A stretch of DNA of 63,978 nucleotides, filler included, from Octopus bimaculoides (Eukaryota): NCBI RefSeq assembly GCF_001194135.2. It is 5 parts of 5 records of this genome, joined end to end, with 100 filler letters (N's around TTAATTAATTAA, not from the genome) between each part and the next. Parts side by side here need not be neighbours in the genome. Positions count along the whole stretch, not along the records: positions 1 to 23,586 come from NC_068985.1; 4 more parts are not named here. The stretch is one strand, 5' to 3'. The position numbers were made by a program, and so were the translations under genes. Shown here piece after piece: positions 1 to 12,947 of this stretch (its first letter is position 1; every line of letters begins with the position of its first letter). A model generated the notes under the pieces. The model was not told the origin of the DNA. It saw only the letters and a list, made by a program, of their open reading frames with translations, and did no database searches.

Positions 1-119
1 ACACACACACACATACGTACATAGAAAAATAGAACGATATTGTTCTACATAGAAATAGAGAATAAGATAGGTAGACAGATAAATAGATAGAGAGTGAGAG
101 AAAGAGCGATAGAGAGATC

Positions 120-190
<71 letters not shown>

Positions 191-577
191 GGCTAGTTAG
201 ACCATTGACTGGGTAAATGGATTGATTGATATGTGAATAAAGACAGATGGATATACCACGAAATAGATGTCTATACGGTTGGACAAACGAATAGCCAGAT
301 GGATGGGTGAGTTGATGAAGAATGCATGGGTAGATGGCGGCTAACAGGGGTGAGAGTTGGTTGTAATAGAAATACATCTATGAATAGATCATCGAGGAAC
401 ATGTGTATGTGTGGCAATACGTACGTACGTACGTACGTACGTACGTACGTACCTACCTACCTACCTACCTACATACATACATACACACAAGCATGCACGC
501 ATACATACATACATACATACGAAAGAATGAAATGTCATGATGTTCACATTTGGATGATATATATACATGTAGATCTA

Positions 578-613
<36 letters not shown>
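1..613. repeat. Compound microsatellite block (AC, GATA, TACG/TACC/TACA, TC)
   Basis: Direct: (gata)n at ~121-190, (tacg)n at ~418-451 grading into (tacc)n and (taca)n, then (tc)n before the gap at 614. Confidence 0.97.
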
Positions 614-1635
614 NNNNNNNNNNNNNNNNNNNNNNNNNNNNNNNNNNNNNNNNNNNNNNNNNNNNNNNNNNNNNNNNNNNNNNNNNNNNNNNNNNNNNNN
701 NNNNNNNNNNNNNNNNNNNNNNNNNNNNNNNNNNNNNNNNNNNNNNNNNNNNNNNNNNNNNNNNNNNNNNNNNNNNNNNNNNNNNNNNNNNNNNNNNNNN
801 NNNNNNNNNNNNNNNNNNNNNNNNNNNNNNNNNNNNNNNNNNNNNNNNNNNNNNNNNNNNNNNNNNNNNNNNNNNNNNNNNNNNNNNNNNNNNNNNNNNN
901 NNNNNNNNNNNNNNNNNNNNNNNNNNNNNNNNNNNNNNNNNNNNNNNNNNNNNNNNNNNNNNNNNNNNNNNNNNNNNNNNNNNNNNNNNNNNNNNNNNNN
1001 NNNNNNNNNNNNNNNNNNNNNNNNNNNNNNNNNNNNNNNNNNNNNNNNNNNNNNNNNNNNNNNNNNNNNNNNNNNNNNNNNNNNNNNNNNNNNNNNNNNN
1101 NNNNNNNNNNNNNNNNNNNNNNNNNNNNNNNNNNNNNNNNNNNNNNNNNNNNNNNNNNNNNNNNNNNNNNNNNNNNNNNNNNNNNNNNNNNNNNNNNNNN
1201 NNNNNNNNNNNNNNNNNNNNNNNNNNNNNNNNNNNNNNNNNNNNNNNNNNNNNNNNNNNNNNNNNNNNNNNNNNNNNNNNNNNNNNNNNNNNNNNNNNNN
1301 NNNNNNNNNNNNNNNNNNNNNNNNNNNNNNNNNNNNNNNNNNNNNNNNNNNNNNNNNNNNNNNNNNNNNNNNNNNNNNNNNNNNNNNNNNNNNNNNNNNN
1401 NNNNNNNNNNNNNNNNNNNNNNNNNNNNNNNNNNNNNNNNNNNNNNNNNNNNNNNNNNNNNNNNGTACGAGCATGCATTGCATGTATTTATACACATACA
1501 TACACACACACATACACTAACACGTACACATATTTGTACATACACTAGATAAATCGGTAGTTGATAGATGATAGATAGATGAACATTTTCATTGCTGTCT
1601 GTCTATATTTTCTTCTGAGCATCTATCTATCTATC

Positions 1636-1686
<51 letters not shown>

Positions 1687-1778
1687 CCAGTTTCTCTGCC
1701 AGTCTGCCTGCCTCTCAGACCGTCTGTCCGTCTGTCTATATGTCTGTCTGTGTGCATGCCTGTCTGCCTGTGTGTCTA

Positions 1779-1812
<34 letters not shown>

Positions 1813-3059
1813 TATCTGTCTCTATCTTTCTCGACAGAGAGATATCTAAATAGATAAACATATCGATAGATAGGTAAATAAAAGTAGAGCGACAGATAAG
1901 CAGAGGATAATAGACAGTCATATAGACAGACAGATAGATAGATAGATAGATAGATAGATCGAGAAAGAGCGATGCATATATATATATGTATATATATATN
2001 NNNNNNNNNNNNNNNNNNNNNNNNNNNNNNNNNNNNNNNNNNNNNNNNNNNNNNNNNNNNNNNNNNNNNNNNNNNNNNNNNNNNNNNNNNNNNNNNNNNN
2101 NNNNNNNNNNNNNNNNNNNNNNNNNNNNNNNNNNNNNNNNNNNNNNNNNNNNNNNNNNNNNNNNNNNNNNNNNNNNNNNNNNNNNNNNNNNNNNNNNNNN
2201 NNNNNNNNNNNNNNNNNNNNNNNNNNNNNNNNNNNNNNNNNNNNNNNNNNNNNNNNNNNNNNNNNNNNNNNNNNNNNNNNNNNNNNNNNNNNNNNNNNNN
2301 NNNNNNNNNNNNNNNNNNNNNNNNNNNNNNNNNNNNNNNNNNNNNNNNNNNNNNNNNNNNNNNNNNNNNNNNNNNNNNNNNNNNNNNNNNNNNNNNNNNN
2401 NNNNNNNNNNNNNNNNNNNNNNNNNNNNNNNNNNNNNNNNNNNNNNNNNNNNNNNNNNNNNNNNNNNNNNNNNNNNNNNNNNNNNNNNNNNNNNNNNNNN
2501 NNNNNNNNNNNNNNNNNNNNNNNNNNNNNNNNNNNNNNNNNNNNNNNNNNNNNNNNNNNNNNNNNNNNNNNNNNNNNNNNNNNNNNNNNNNNNNNNNNNN
2601 NNNNNNNNNNNNNNNNNNNNNNNNNNNNNNNNNNNNNNNNNNNNNNNNNNNNNNNNNNNNNNNNNNNNNNNNNNNNNNNNNNNNNNNNNNNNNNNNNNNN
2701 NNNNNNNNNNNNNNNNNNNNNNNNNNNNNNNNNNNNNNNNNNNNNNNNNNNNNNNNNNNNNNNNNNNNNNNNNNNNNNNNNNNNNNNNNNNNNNNNNNNN
2801 NNNNNNNNNNNNNNNNNNNNNNNNNNNNNNNNNNNNNNNNNNNNNNNNNNNNNNNNNNNNNNNNNNNNNNNNNNNNNNNNNNNNNNNNNNNNNNNNNNNN
2901 NNNNNNNNNNNNNNNNNNNNNNNNNNNNNNNNNNNNNNNNNNNNNNNNNNNNNNNNNNNNNNNNNNNNNNNNNNNNNNNNNNNNNNNNNNGACGGCCATG
3001 AAAGTGGTGGCAGGGATCGGAGGGTGGGTGGTCGTATAGATTGACGTATGGAAAGACAC

Positions 3060-4035
3060 GGCTGTTGAAGATGGGTGGGGTGTTGAAGGGAGGTGGCGAT
3101 GGTAGTAGCGGTGGTAGTGGTGGTAGTGGTGATGGTTGTGCTGTTATGGTGGTTGTAATAATTGTTGTTGTTGTCATTAGTGTTGTTGGCGCTTGTGGTG
3201 GTAATGGTGTTTGCGTTAGTGGTCATGGTATTGGTGATGGTAGAGGTGGTAGTTGTGTTTGCTGGTGCTTGTAGTGAAGTTGCTGGTTATTGTGGTGATG
3301 CCAGTAGTTCCGTGAGTGGTTGTACTGGTGATAGTGTTTGGTATGGTTGAGGTGGTAGTGGTGTTGTTGTAATGATGATGTTTGCGGTGATGGTTGTGGT
3401 AGTGGTTGTAGTGGTGATGGTGGTGGTTATAGTGGTAACGATGTTTGCAGTAGTGGTGATGGAGGTTGTAGTGGTGATGGTGGTGGTTGTGGTAGTGGTA
3501 ATGGTGTTGTGGTGAAGGTGGTAGTGTTGATGGTTGTAGTAGTGATGGTAGTGGTGTTTAAAGCGGTGAAGGTGCTTGTGGTGGTGGTGGTTGTAATGTT
3601 GTTGTTTTGTGGTAGTAGTAGTAGTTGTGGTAGCGGTAATAGTGTTTGTGGTGGAGGTGCTGGTGTTAGTGGTTGTAGTGGTGATGGTATTTGTGGTGTT
3701 TATAGTGATAAAGGTGCTAGTTGTGAGTTGTGGTGGTGGTGGTAGTGGTGGTTGTAGTAGTGATAATAGTGTTTCTGATGAAGGTGGTCGTGGTGGTGAT
3801 TGTGGCGGTGACAGTATTTGTGGTGATGGTAGTGGTGATTGTAGTAGCAAATGTATTTGTGGTAGCAGTGGTAGTGATGGCTGTTGTAGTTGCGATGGTA
3901 GTTGTAGTAGTAATGATGGTGTCGTCTGTTTTTGTAGTGCTGTTGGTGGTTGCAGTAGTGGTAGTGGTGGTGGTTTTAGTGGTTGTAGTGGTGTCGTTTG
4001 TGGTGGTAGTGGTTATAGTAGTGGTGATGGTATGA
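3060..4035. repeat. ~1 kb cryptic trinucleotide repeat (GGT/AGT/TGT/GAT mosaic)
   Basis: Continuous NGT/GNT periodicity; it generates the Val/Gly/Ser-Cys and Thr/Pro-rich ORFs in the track. Confidence 0.93.
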
Positions 4036-4479
4036 AGATGATTTCACCAGCAGCAAATGAAGAATTACATATTGGACGTAAAATGCGTGTGTGTGAGAGT
4101 ATGCTAGCATGTATATGTGAATAAGCGTGTGTATATATACGTGTATATCTAAGGGCATATCTGTGAGTATTTGTATACGCATGTTTGTGTATATACTAAG
4201 CAAGTATCTGTGCATGTATCGTTTGGTGCGTTTGAGCACATGCCTTGATAGATTAAAGGCTTTTCGGTCGTGACCATCAAGTCTTTTCAACTATTTCTAA
4301 AACTGCATTAACTCATGTGTACTTTCACCCAACATAATAGGGTTTGATTTGAATAGATTTTGGCTGCTGTTTCTAACAAGAGCGAAGTACGGCGGTTCCT
4401 TCAAACTTAGTGGGCGGGTTTGTATTGTGGGATGTGATTGATCTCTGTTGTCAGTAGTGTTTTAGTGTCGATGTATTTA

Positions 4480-4862
4480 TCTTTTAGCCTTTACTTGTGT
4501 CAGTCATTAGACTGCAGCCATGCTGGGACACCACTTTGGAGAATTTCTTTTTAGTCGAATGAATCGATTCCAGTACTTTTCTTTTAAGCCTGATACTTAC
4601 TTATGCTATCGAAATACTAAGTTACGGGGACGCTAGCACACGAACATCGGTTGTCAAGCGGTGATGTGGTACACACACACTCACACACACACACACACAC
4701 ACACGATGAGCTTTTAGTTTCCGTCTACAAAATCCACTCACAAGGCTTTGGTCGGCCCGAGGCTATAGCAGAAGACACTTGCCCAATGTATATCCTGCAG
4801 TGGGACTGAACTCGGAATCATATGGTTGGGAAGCAAGTTTCTTACCACACAGTCATGCCTGC
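4480..4862 (-). mobile_element. tRNA-derived SINE, family A (near full length, internal (CA)n)
   Basis: Minus strand begins gcaggcatgactgtgtggtaag (A box) then gagttcagtccc (B-box-like) and ttgggcaagtgtcttc; tail ...cagcatggctgcagtctaatgactgacacaagtaaa. More than 10 similar copies occur in the window. Confidence 0.9.
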
Positions 4863-4928
4863 ATCTTTGTGCGGAGATAAGTGCGTGTGTATATGTAGCT
4901 ATGAGTATGTGTGGTGCAAGGTATATAA

Positions 4929-5338
4929 CCGTATTTGATGGCGTATAAAACGCATTTCCATCCAAAAAGTGTCTCAAAAAATCGTCCCGGGCCCTATTAG
5001 CGAAGATGCTTTAAATACAGAGTGTTCATAAATTATCATTACAACTTCTACAATTTATTGAATCGCATCATCTTGAGATATTGCGTGCAACCAATGGAAG
5101 TCAGATGGAAGTTTTCTGATGTTTCTAATAAAACTGTATTTATTTGCCAATAAACTCTGCTGAATTATCCTTATTTTTCATTTTATTTTTCTAAATTTTT
5201 GCAAATTGTAAAGTAGGTTTATAGGCATTCTGTATAATATACCTTAATTCACTATTAACCTTTATTCTTTGGACTATGCGCTGCTAAAATTGGGGTGCAT
5301 CACATATTCACGTGCATCTTTTATGCCGTCATATACGG
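4929..5338. mobile_element. Tc1/mariner-pogo-type MITE
   Basis: Left end ccgtatttgatggcgtataaaacgca matches the reverse complement of the right end (ccgtatatgacggcataaaagatgca); TA follows the right end. Confidence 0.8.
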
Positions 5339-5376
5339 TATATATTTATTAAGTATGTGTATATGTGCTCGTATGT

Positions 5377-5760
5377 GGAGGCGCAATGGCCCAGTGGTTA
5401 GGGCAGCGGACCCGCGGTCGTAGGATCGCGGTTTCGATTCCCAGACCGGGCGTTGTGAGTGTTTATTGAGCGAAAACACCTAAAGCTCCACGAGGCTCCG
5501 GCAGGGGATGGTGGCGAACCCTGCTGTACTCTCACCACAACTTTCTCTCACTCTTACTTCCTGTTTCTGTTGTACCTGTAATTCAAAGGGTCAGCCTTGT
5601 CACACTGTGTCGCGCTGAATATCCCCGAGAACTACGTTAAGGGTACACGTGTCTGTGGAGTGCTCAGCCACTTGCACGTTAATTTCATGAGCATGCTGTT
5701 CTGTTGATCGGATCAACTGGAACCCTCGACGTCGTAAGCGATGGAGTGCCAACAACAACA
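5377..5760 (+). mobile_element. tRNA-derived SINE, family B, full length with perfect 14-bp TSD
   Basis: Head ggaggcgcaatggcccagtggttagg...gtttcgattccc, (AAC)n tail; atgtgctcgtatgt duplicated at 5363-5376 and 5761-5774. A second copy lies at 43181-43572. Confidence 0.95.
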
Positions 5761-5884
5761 ATGTGCTCGTATGTATAGAAAATACAGTGTTTACTGTGTT
5801 TATGTATTGTATGAGGTATGTGTGTGAGTGTATGTAAAACGGTGTATGTACAGGGAGCAGTAATCTGCGTAACTTTATTTTTTT

Positions 5885-6315
5885 TATCGTTTACTCATTT
5901 TAGTCATTGGATTGCGACATCTCTGGGGTACCATCTTGAACAGCTTAGTCAAACAAATCGACCGCAGTGCTTAGCATTTTTTTAAAGCCTGGTATTCATT
6001 CTGTAGGTGTCTTTTGCCGAACTGCTACGTTATGTGGACGTAAACAAACCAACATTTGCTGTCAAGCTATGGAGGGGTGGTGTTAGTGGTGGTGCAGGAG
6101 GACAAACCCAAGCACAAAGACACAACACACATACGAACGTGCGCACACACACAAACGCATATATACACACGCGCACACTCACATAGACACACATACAGAC
6201 ACACACACACATGACGGGAGGGTTTCCACACAGTTTCCGTTGACCAAATCCACTCACAAGTCATTGATCGACTCGGTGTTATAATAGAAGGCGCTTGCTG
6301 AAAATGCCACATCGC
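5885..6315 (-). mobile_element. SINE family A, head-truncated
   Basis: Same body and tail as 4480-4862, with internal (CA)n. Confidence 0.85.
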
Positions 6316-6384
6316 TGATGATGTGACAAGTTGAATCACAGGATGATGTGTGGAAAAAAAAACTACAGATATATAGACAGATAG

Positions 6385-6482
6385 GGCAGGCTTGGCTGTG
6401 TGGTAAGAAACTAGCTTACCAACCACATGGTTCCGGGTTCAGTCCCACTACGTGACACCTTAGGCATGTGTCTTCTACTATG
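6385..6482 (+). mobile_element. SINE family A, tRNA head only
   Basis: ggcaggcttggctgtgtggtaagaa...ccgggttcagtcccactacgtgacaccttaggc. Confidence 0.85.
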
Positions 6483-6570
6483 CGTATATGTATGTATTTG
6501 TAGTTTATACATCAAGCCCAAATATGTCTATTTGCATCCCTGACTCTCTCTCTGTCTCTGTCTCTCAGTA

Positions 6571-6767
6571 CGAGGAGATGTTGAAAAGTTCCTAGCTTTG
6601 GGTAAAAGAAAATACAGAGGGATCAGTTAATTAGGGAATTCAACATATTCAGCTCTCAGATTCACACATTCATTGCAGCAGTCCTTCATTTTTACTAAAC
6701 CCTGCAAAAGAACTCGGAGGCTTGGGCCTCCAGCCAGGCCTTTCGCTATGCCGTTAAAGCACCTCCA
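6571..6767. mobile_element. Mariner-derived MITE
   Basis: Starts TA|cgaggagatgttgaaaagttcc (mariner-type TIR). Minus strand retains the transposase C-terminus KMKDCCNECVNLRAEYVE. Right TIR is partial. Confidence 0.7.
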
Positions 6768-6775
6768 TATATCAA

Positions 6776-6820
<45 letters not shown>

Positions 6821-6914
6821 GTCTGTCTGTTTGTCTGTTTGTCTGTTTGTCTGTCTGTCTGTCTTTCCATCTATCTATATGTCTGTTTGTCTATCTGTCT
6901 TTCTTAACTATATG

Positions 6915-7006
<92 letters not shown>

Positions 7007-9109
7007 CGCACATATATGTTTATGAGTACGGTTATATTTGCTTGTATGTGTGTGTGTGTGTGTGTGTGTGAGAGCATGTATTCATTTCTGTAAGTGTTTA
7101 CGTTTAACTCATTGTTCCGAGAAGTTTTGATGTGCACTGTACTAAAGATAACATTACAGAAATAGAAATGCGTTAAGGTGCTGCTGGAGGAGTAATCTGA
7201 ATGGGAAGGGACAAGATAGCGGGCGTAAAGTTATCGGAGTAAAGGTGGCAGGAAGAGTAGAATAAGGGAAAAGCGGCGTTGACTGATAAAATTTTTCAAG
7301 TGGAACTGAATTCCAGTTGTGTATTTAATAAAACGTTCATAATTAGTGTGCGCTCGTCAGTATGTACATGTGTATAATTACCTCCCATTTCACAAATCAT
7401 ATATGTGCACAAACAATGGTACACACTCACATACACACAGAGGCATACACACGTATATACACGCGCACACATATATGTGTATGCTAGTATATATGTCTTA
7501 TATGCTGGTATATGTGTCTTTGTATATGTAGGTGCGGATATATGTCTGCGTATGTATGCAATTGTACACACGTTTCTGTGCATAACATGACTGCTCGTCA
7601 GTAGAATGTGTTAGGATGTTATTTAATTTAGTATTCTTATCTCTGTACGCATCACCATATATAAACATATATATATATGTAGGTATGCATGTATGCACAC
7701 ACACGCATACATACGCATATATATATATATATATGTGTGTGTGTATACATACATATATAGACACACACATACAAACATATATACCTGCATAGATATATAC
7801 ACACACACACACACACATATACACACCTACACACACATATTTGTGTATACCTGCTTACATACATATATCTTTGCATGTGGGAATGCATGCGTGCCTGCAT
7901 ATGTGTGTATATAAAGTGGGTATGTATGTGTGTGTGTGCATACATAGTATCTTTTGTGTGTTTGCGTGTGCGTGTATGTATATATAGTGTTTTTGTCTGA
8001 GTTTGTGTGCATGCGAACTTGTGTGAGCGCGCACATGTTTGTGCGTGCGTGTGTGTGTGTGTGTGTGTGTGTGCGTGCGTGTGTGTGTTCGTGCGTGTGT
8101 GTGTGCGTGTGTGCGTCTGTATGTGTGTGTATGTATGCGAACTGTATATATGCGGATATATGTTTACATTTTGTACACGGCTGTATTTCAATTAAGTCAA
8201 AAGGTTTCCATTTAAAAATGAAACGTCTTTTCAATTTTAGTTATGAGCAAATATTTCACAATGGCCATGGAAGTTGTGAGGAGGAAATGGNNNNNNNNNN
8301 NNNNNNNNNNNNNNNNNNNNNNNNNNNNNNNNNNNNNNNNNNNNNNNNNNNNNNNNNNNNNNNNNNNNNNNNNNNNNNNNNNNNNNNNNNNNNNNNNNNN
8401 NNNNNNNNNNNNNNNNNNNNNNNNNNNNNNNNNNNNNNNNNNNNNNNNNNNNNNNNNNNNNNNNNNNNNNNNNNNNNNNNNNNNNNNNNNNNNNNNNNNN
8501 NNNNNNNNNNNNNNNNNNNNNNNNNNNNNNNNNNNNNNNNNNNNNNNNNNNNNNNNNNNNNNNNNNNNNNNNNNNNNNNNNNNNNNNNNNNNNNNNNNNN
8601 NNNNNNNNNNNNNNNNNNNNNNNNNNNNNNNNNNNNNNNNNNNNNNNNNNNNNNNNNNNNNNNNNNNNNNNNNNNNNNNNNNNNNNNNNNNNNNNNNNNN
8701 NNNNNNNNNNNNNNNNNNNNNNNNNNNNNNNNNNNNNNNNNNNNNNNNNNNNNNNNNNNNNNNNNNNNNNNNNNNNNNNNNNNNNNNNNNNNNNNNNNNN
8801 NNNNNNNNNNNNNNNNNNNNNNNNNNNNNNNNNNNNNNNNNNNNNNNNNNNNNNNNNNNNNNNNNNNNNNNNNNNNNNNNNNNNNNNNNNNNNNNNNNNT
8901 CACCATCACCACCACCACCACCACCACCACAACCACCAACACCGTCACCACAACCACCACTACTCCTACCATCACCCACTTACAACCACCGTTACCACCG
9001 CCACCACCACCGCCACCACCTCCATCCACCACTACAACCTCTCCATCCACCACTACAACCACAACAATAAATTCATCACGGTTGAATGACTCACTGGGCA
9101 CAGTTGATA

Positions 9110-9141
<32 letters not shown>

Positions 9142-9259
9142 AGCATACATACATGCACACACGCATACACACAAATTAAGGCGCACACACAAAGACATGC
9201 ACACAAAGACGCTCACACACACATCACACATACACACGGAGATACATGCACATCTTTCA

Positions 9260-9520
9260 TCTTTTACTTGTTCCAGTCATTGGACCACGGCCATGCTGGG
9301 GCACCGCCTTGGAAATTTTTAGTTGAGCAGATCGATCATTGTACTTATTTTCTAAGTCCATCGATCTCTCAGTCCGAGCAGCTAAATTACGGGAACGTAA
9401 ACAAACCAACAACGGTTGTCAAGCGGTGGTGGGGGACAAATGCTGACACAATGACACGCGTGCGCGCGCGCACACACACACGCACACATACAACGGGTTT
9501 CCATACATTTCATAAATGGA
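9260..9520 (-). mobile_element. SINE family A, 3' half
   Basis: cttttacttgttccagtcattggaccacggccatgctggggcaccgcc... matches the family A tail. Confidence 0.85.
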
Positions 9521-10186
9521 AACTTTATTGAAGCCCATCGCGCGCGCACGTGTTTGTATTTCAATCTCTACAGTTTGACATACATAAGCGGTTCGGCAAA
9601 ATGTCACCGATAGCTTAAATACCAGACTTACAGACTAAGTGAAAGCTTAATGTAATTCGCATGGAAGGATCTTGTAGCTTGTGTAATGCTTTCGCTAACT
9701 TTTTAGGTGCCTATGTAGTCGCGAGCGGTAACAGAGAGAGAAAGAAAGAGAGGGAGAGAGGGAGAAAGAGAGAGAAGGACCGAGGGACAGAGCTGAATAG
9801 ACTGGAGCAATGTGAAACGAAGTGCCTTGTTTAAGGATACAGTACATGGTGTGGTCCCGAAATTGAACACACACGTTACGATAGTGAGTATTTAGGTCTG
9901 TTGTCTTCAGGAAGAAAACGTATTGGAGTCTATTTGTTCGACTTAGCCCTTCAAAATGGTGCCCCAGCATGGGCGCAGTTCAATGACTAAAACACAAAAA
10001 GAACACACGTATGAATGTATGTATGTATGTATGTATGTATGTATGTATGTATGCAGCAACTGAAATTCTTATGAAAAGGTCAAACGTGGAATATAACTGG
10101 TTTGGCGTGAGGAAGAGGTGCAGTGTAAAATTTCAAACAGAGCCCTTTGAGAAGAGAGAGACAGAGAGAAGAAGAGAGAAAAAGCG

Positions 10187-10218
<32 letters not shown>

Positions 10219-10488
10219 AGTGAGAGACAAGTAAGGTGAAAGAAAGAGGAGGAGGGAGAGATTGTCCATTAAATAACATCACTCTGTCCGACGAAAGGTT
10301 TAACGGAAAGTATAGCCTTTCCCTCTTCGCAGCAGACCAATTTATTTCACTTTTGATCTGTTTATCCTCACTAATTATCATCATAGATCATCACTAATTT
10401 CCTCTAAAGATAGTTTATTTTATTCCTGTTTATTTAACTGGAACAAAATAGAGAACAAAAAAATAATTTTGTAATGCAATACAAACTT

Positions 10489-11105
10489 AGGCGCAGACAT
10501 AGCTACGTGGGTCAGAAGTTTGCTTCACAAGCATGTGATCGAGTTCAGTCCCATTGCGCTGTATTATGGGCAAGTGTCTTTTATCATATGCACCAGGACG
10601 ATAGATACCTTGTGTATGAATTTGGTAGTCGGAAACTGTGGTAGCTCGTTCCATATGTACATTTACATGTAGGTGAGAAGTTGAACAAAATATGAGGTGA
10701 CACAAATAAATAAAATAAAGAGAAGTTATATTACGATACGTAGATTGTTCGACACTTCTATTGTATTTCAGAATACCTTTACAAATATAAAATAGGAAAT
10801 CGTTCAAAAGCTCATGTGTCCGCAATCCAGTTTCAATTCCTGATTTGGCGCAGACATGGCTATGTGGTAAAGAAACTCCCTCTGCAATCACATGACTTCA
10901 GATTTAGTCCCACTGTGTCCTTGTCTAAGTGTCTTCCACTGTAGCCCTGGACCGATCAATACCTTGTGATTGACTTTGGTAGAGGGAAACTGACGCACCT
11001 CCTTGAGTTGTGATTTTAAAGTCTGGTGCTTATTCTATTGGTTTCTGTTGTTGAACCGCTAAGTTATGGGGATGTAAACAAACAAACTCTGGTTGTCAAG
11101 TGGTG
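10489..11105 (+). mobile_element. Cluster of SINE family A heads (10489-10645, 10847-10995) plus an inverted tail fragment (11000-11105)
   Basis: Two ggcgcagacat(a/g)gct... heads with B-box-like agttcagtccc/atttagtccc, followed by a tail segment in opposite orientation. Confidence 0.75.
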
Positions 11106-11332
11106 TGTGTGACAATCGCAAGATACACATACATACGCTTCCGCGCGCACACACGCACACATGTATAGGAGTGGCTGTGTGGTATAGGCTGTGTGATAAG
11201 AAGATTGAACCTGAAATCACTTGGTAGCAAAGCGAGATTCTTTACCACACAACTATGTCTGCGCCTATCCAGGAATCGAAACAGGATTGTAGACACAATT
11301 GTCCAGAAGTTGTCAACACTATGACAATACTA

Positions 11333-12064
11333 CAGTAATCACTCGCCATATCGTGGTTCACCTATCGCGTCCTCAGTACATCGCGGATTTTTCTGACTAA
11401 TAATATATGTAAATTTATATCGCGGACTCCTCAGTATATCGCGGGCTTCTACGGTCGATAGGTATTCATATTTTTTTAGATTTTGATTATTTCTGTGGTA
11501 AAATAAGCATTTTCACACCTAAAAATTAATAAATGAAAAAGAAATACAGTACAGTACTGTATAAAATTTTTTCAAAATATATTCTTTTCTCTTCTACTCT
11601 AGGCACAAGACCCGAAATCTTTGGGAAGGGGGATAATCGATTAGATGGACCCCAGTACGCAGCTTAATTTATCGACTCCGAAAGGATAAAAGGCAAAGTC
11701 GACCTCGGTAGAATTTGAACACAGAACGTAAAGACAGACGAAATACCGCTAAGCATTTCGCCCGAGGTGCTAACGGTTCTGCCAGCTTGCAGCCTTATTA
11801 ATTTAAATATATTAAAAGAAAATACGTAGTGTGCCGTAGATGAGTATCAAAGAATTGCATATACTGTATAGAAAACGAAAACTTGGGAGGCGAATGTGTG
11901 GTGTTGTTTTCTACATATTTATGATAAAATAAATTTATACAAATTATTAAAATAATGAAAAAAAAAATATATATATACGGTACAGTACTGTTTCCACTTT
12001 GCGGATTTGCACCTATTTCGGAGTGTTGTGGAACCTAACACCCGCGATAGTCGAGGGATTACTG
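11333..12064. mobile_element. pogo/Tigger-type MITE with TA TSD, containing a nested SINE
   Basis: TA|cagtaatcactcgccatatcgtggtt versus reverse-complemented right end cagtaatccctcgactatcgcgggt|TA. Confidence 0.88.
11582..11797 (-). mobile_element. SINE family D (central gaggtcgactttgcctttcatcc motif)
   Basis: Matches the copy at 43632-43852; lies inside the MITE at 11333-12064. Confidence 0.88.
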
Positions 12065-12104
12065 TATATCCGACGCTCTGTAACATCAACTCATTTGATG
12101 GCTT

Positions 12105-12476
12105 TTATTACCTCCGCCTTCCTTATGGCGGAGGTATTGTTTTCAGTCGTGTTTGTTTGTTTGTCCGTGGACAAGATATCCCAAGAAATACTGAATGGAT
12201 TCAGATGAAACTTTCAGGGATATTTGGCCTCGTGACTGGCACAAACTGATTAGATTTTGGAATTGATCCGGTACTGGACAAGGATTCTGGATTATTTTTC
12301 CGTTTTTTTTAGAACTTAATTTTTGAGAGCGGTCGGGTTCATTTTTAGTATTCTCGTTTGTGAGAGCAGTCGAGTTTATTTCAGATATTCTCATTTTAAA
12401 AATCATCTCCAACTAATCATTTAGAGGACATTGGTGTTGCCTTGGCGGAGATTTGCGCTCTTTGAGTGCTCTTGTT
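12105..12476 (+). mobile_element. Helentron-associated non-autonomous element (HINE/DINE-1-like)
   Basis: 5' perfect hairpin tacctccgcc-N8-ggcggaggta (12109-12136), then (gttt)n gtcc microsatellite; 3' sub-terminal ggcggag (12444) followed by stem-loop gcgctc-ttt-gagtgc; T-rich flanks. Confidence 0.72.
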
Positions 12477-12550
12477 ATTCTTTCTATCCTCTTTGTCGCT
12501 TTGCTTTCTTCTTACTTTTCTACTCTGACTTTTATTTCATTTCTATCGTT

Positions 12551-12947
12551 TATCTTTTACTTACTTCACTGCTGTCATGCTGGAGCACTGCATTGAAGAA
12601 TTTTATTAGAACAAATAGACCCTAGTACTTATTTCTTTTAGGCCTGGTACTTATTCTATCGGTGTCTTTTGCCGTGCCGCTAAGTTACAGGGACGTAAAC
12701 ACTGCAACATCGGTTGTCACGCGGTAGTGAGAGACAAGCATACACATACACATATACACACACACACTGACATATTTATACATATACGACCGACTTCTTT
12801 CAGTTTCCTTTTACCAAACCCACTCACAAGGCTTTGGTCGGCCCGAGGCTATAGTAGAAGGCACTTGCCCAAGGTTCCACGCAGTAGGACTGAACCCAGA
12901 ATCATGTGGTTGGGAAGTAAGCTTCTTACCACGCAGCCATGCCTGTG
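12551..12947 (-). mobile_element. SINE family A, full length
   Basis: Head, body, internal (CA/TA)n and tail all present. Confidence 0.92.

Noticed and set aside
326-3226. 300-500 aa ORFs here and at 8-9.5, 13-14, 22-23, 30, 39 and 42 kb
   Set aside because: They span N-gaps and microsatellites; X-filled artefacts.
5377-5455. tRNA-like sequences with A/B boxes
   Set aside because: They continue into SINE bodies with tails and TSDs and lack a complete cloverleaf; not tRNA genes.
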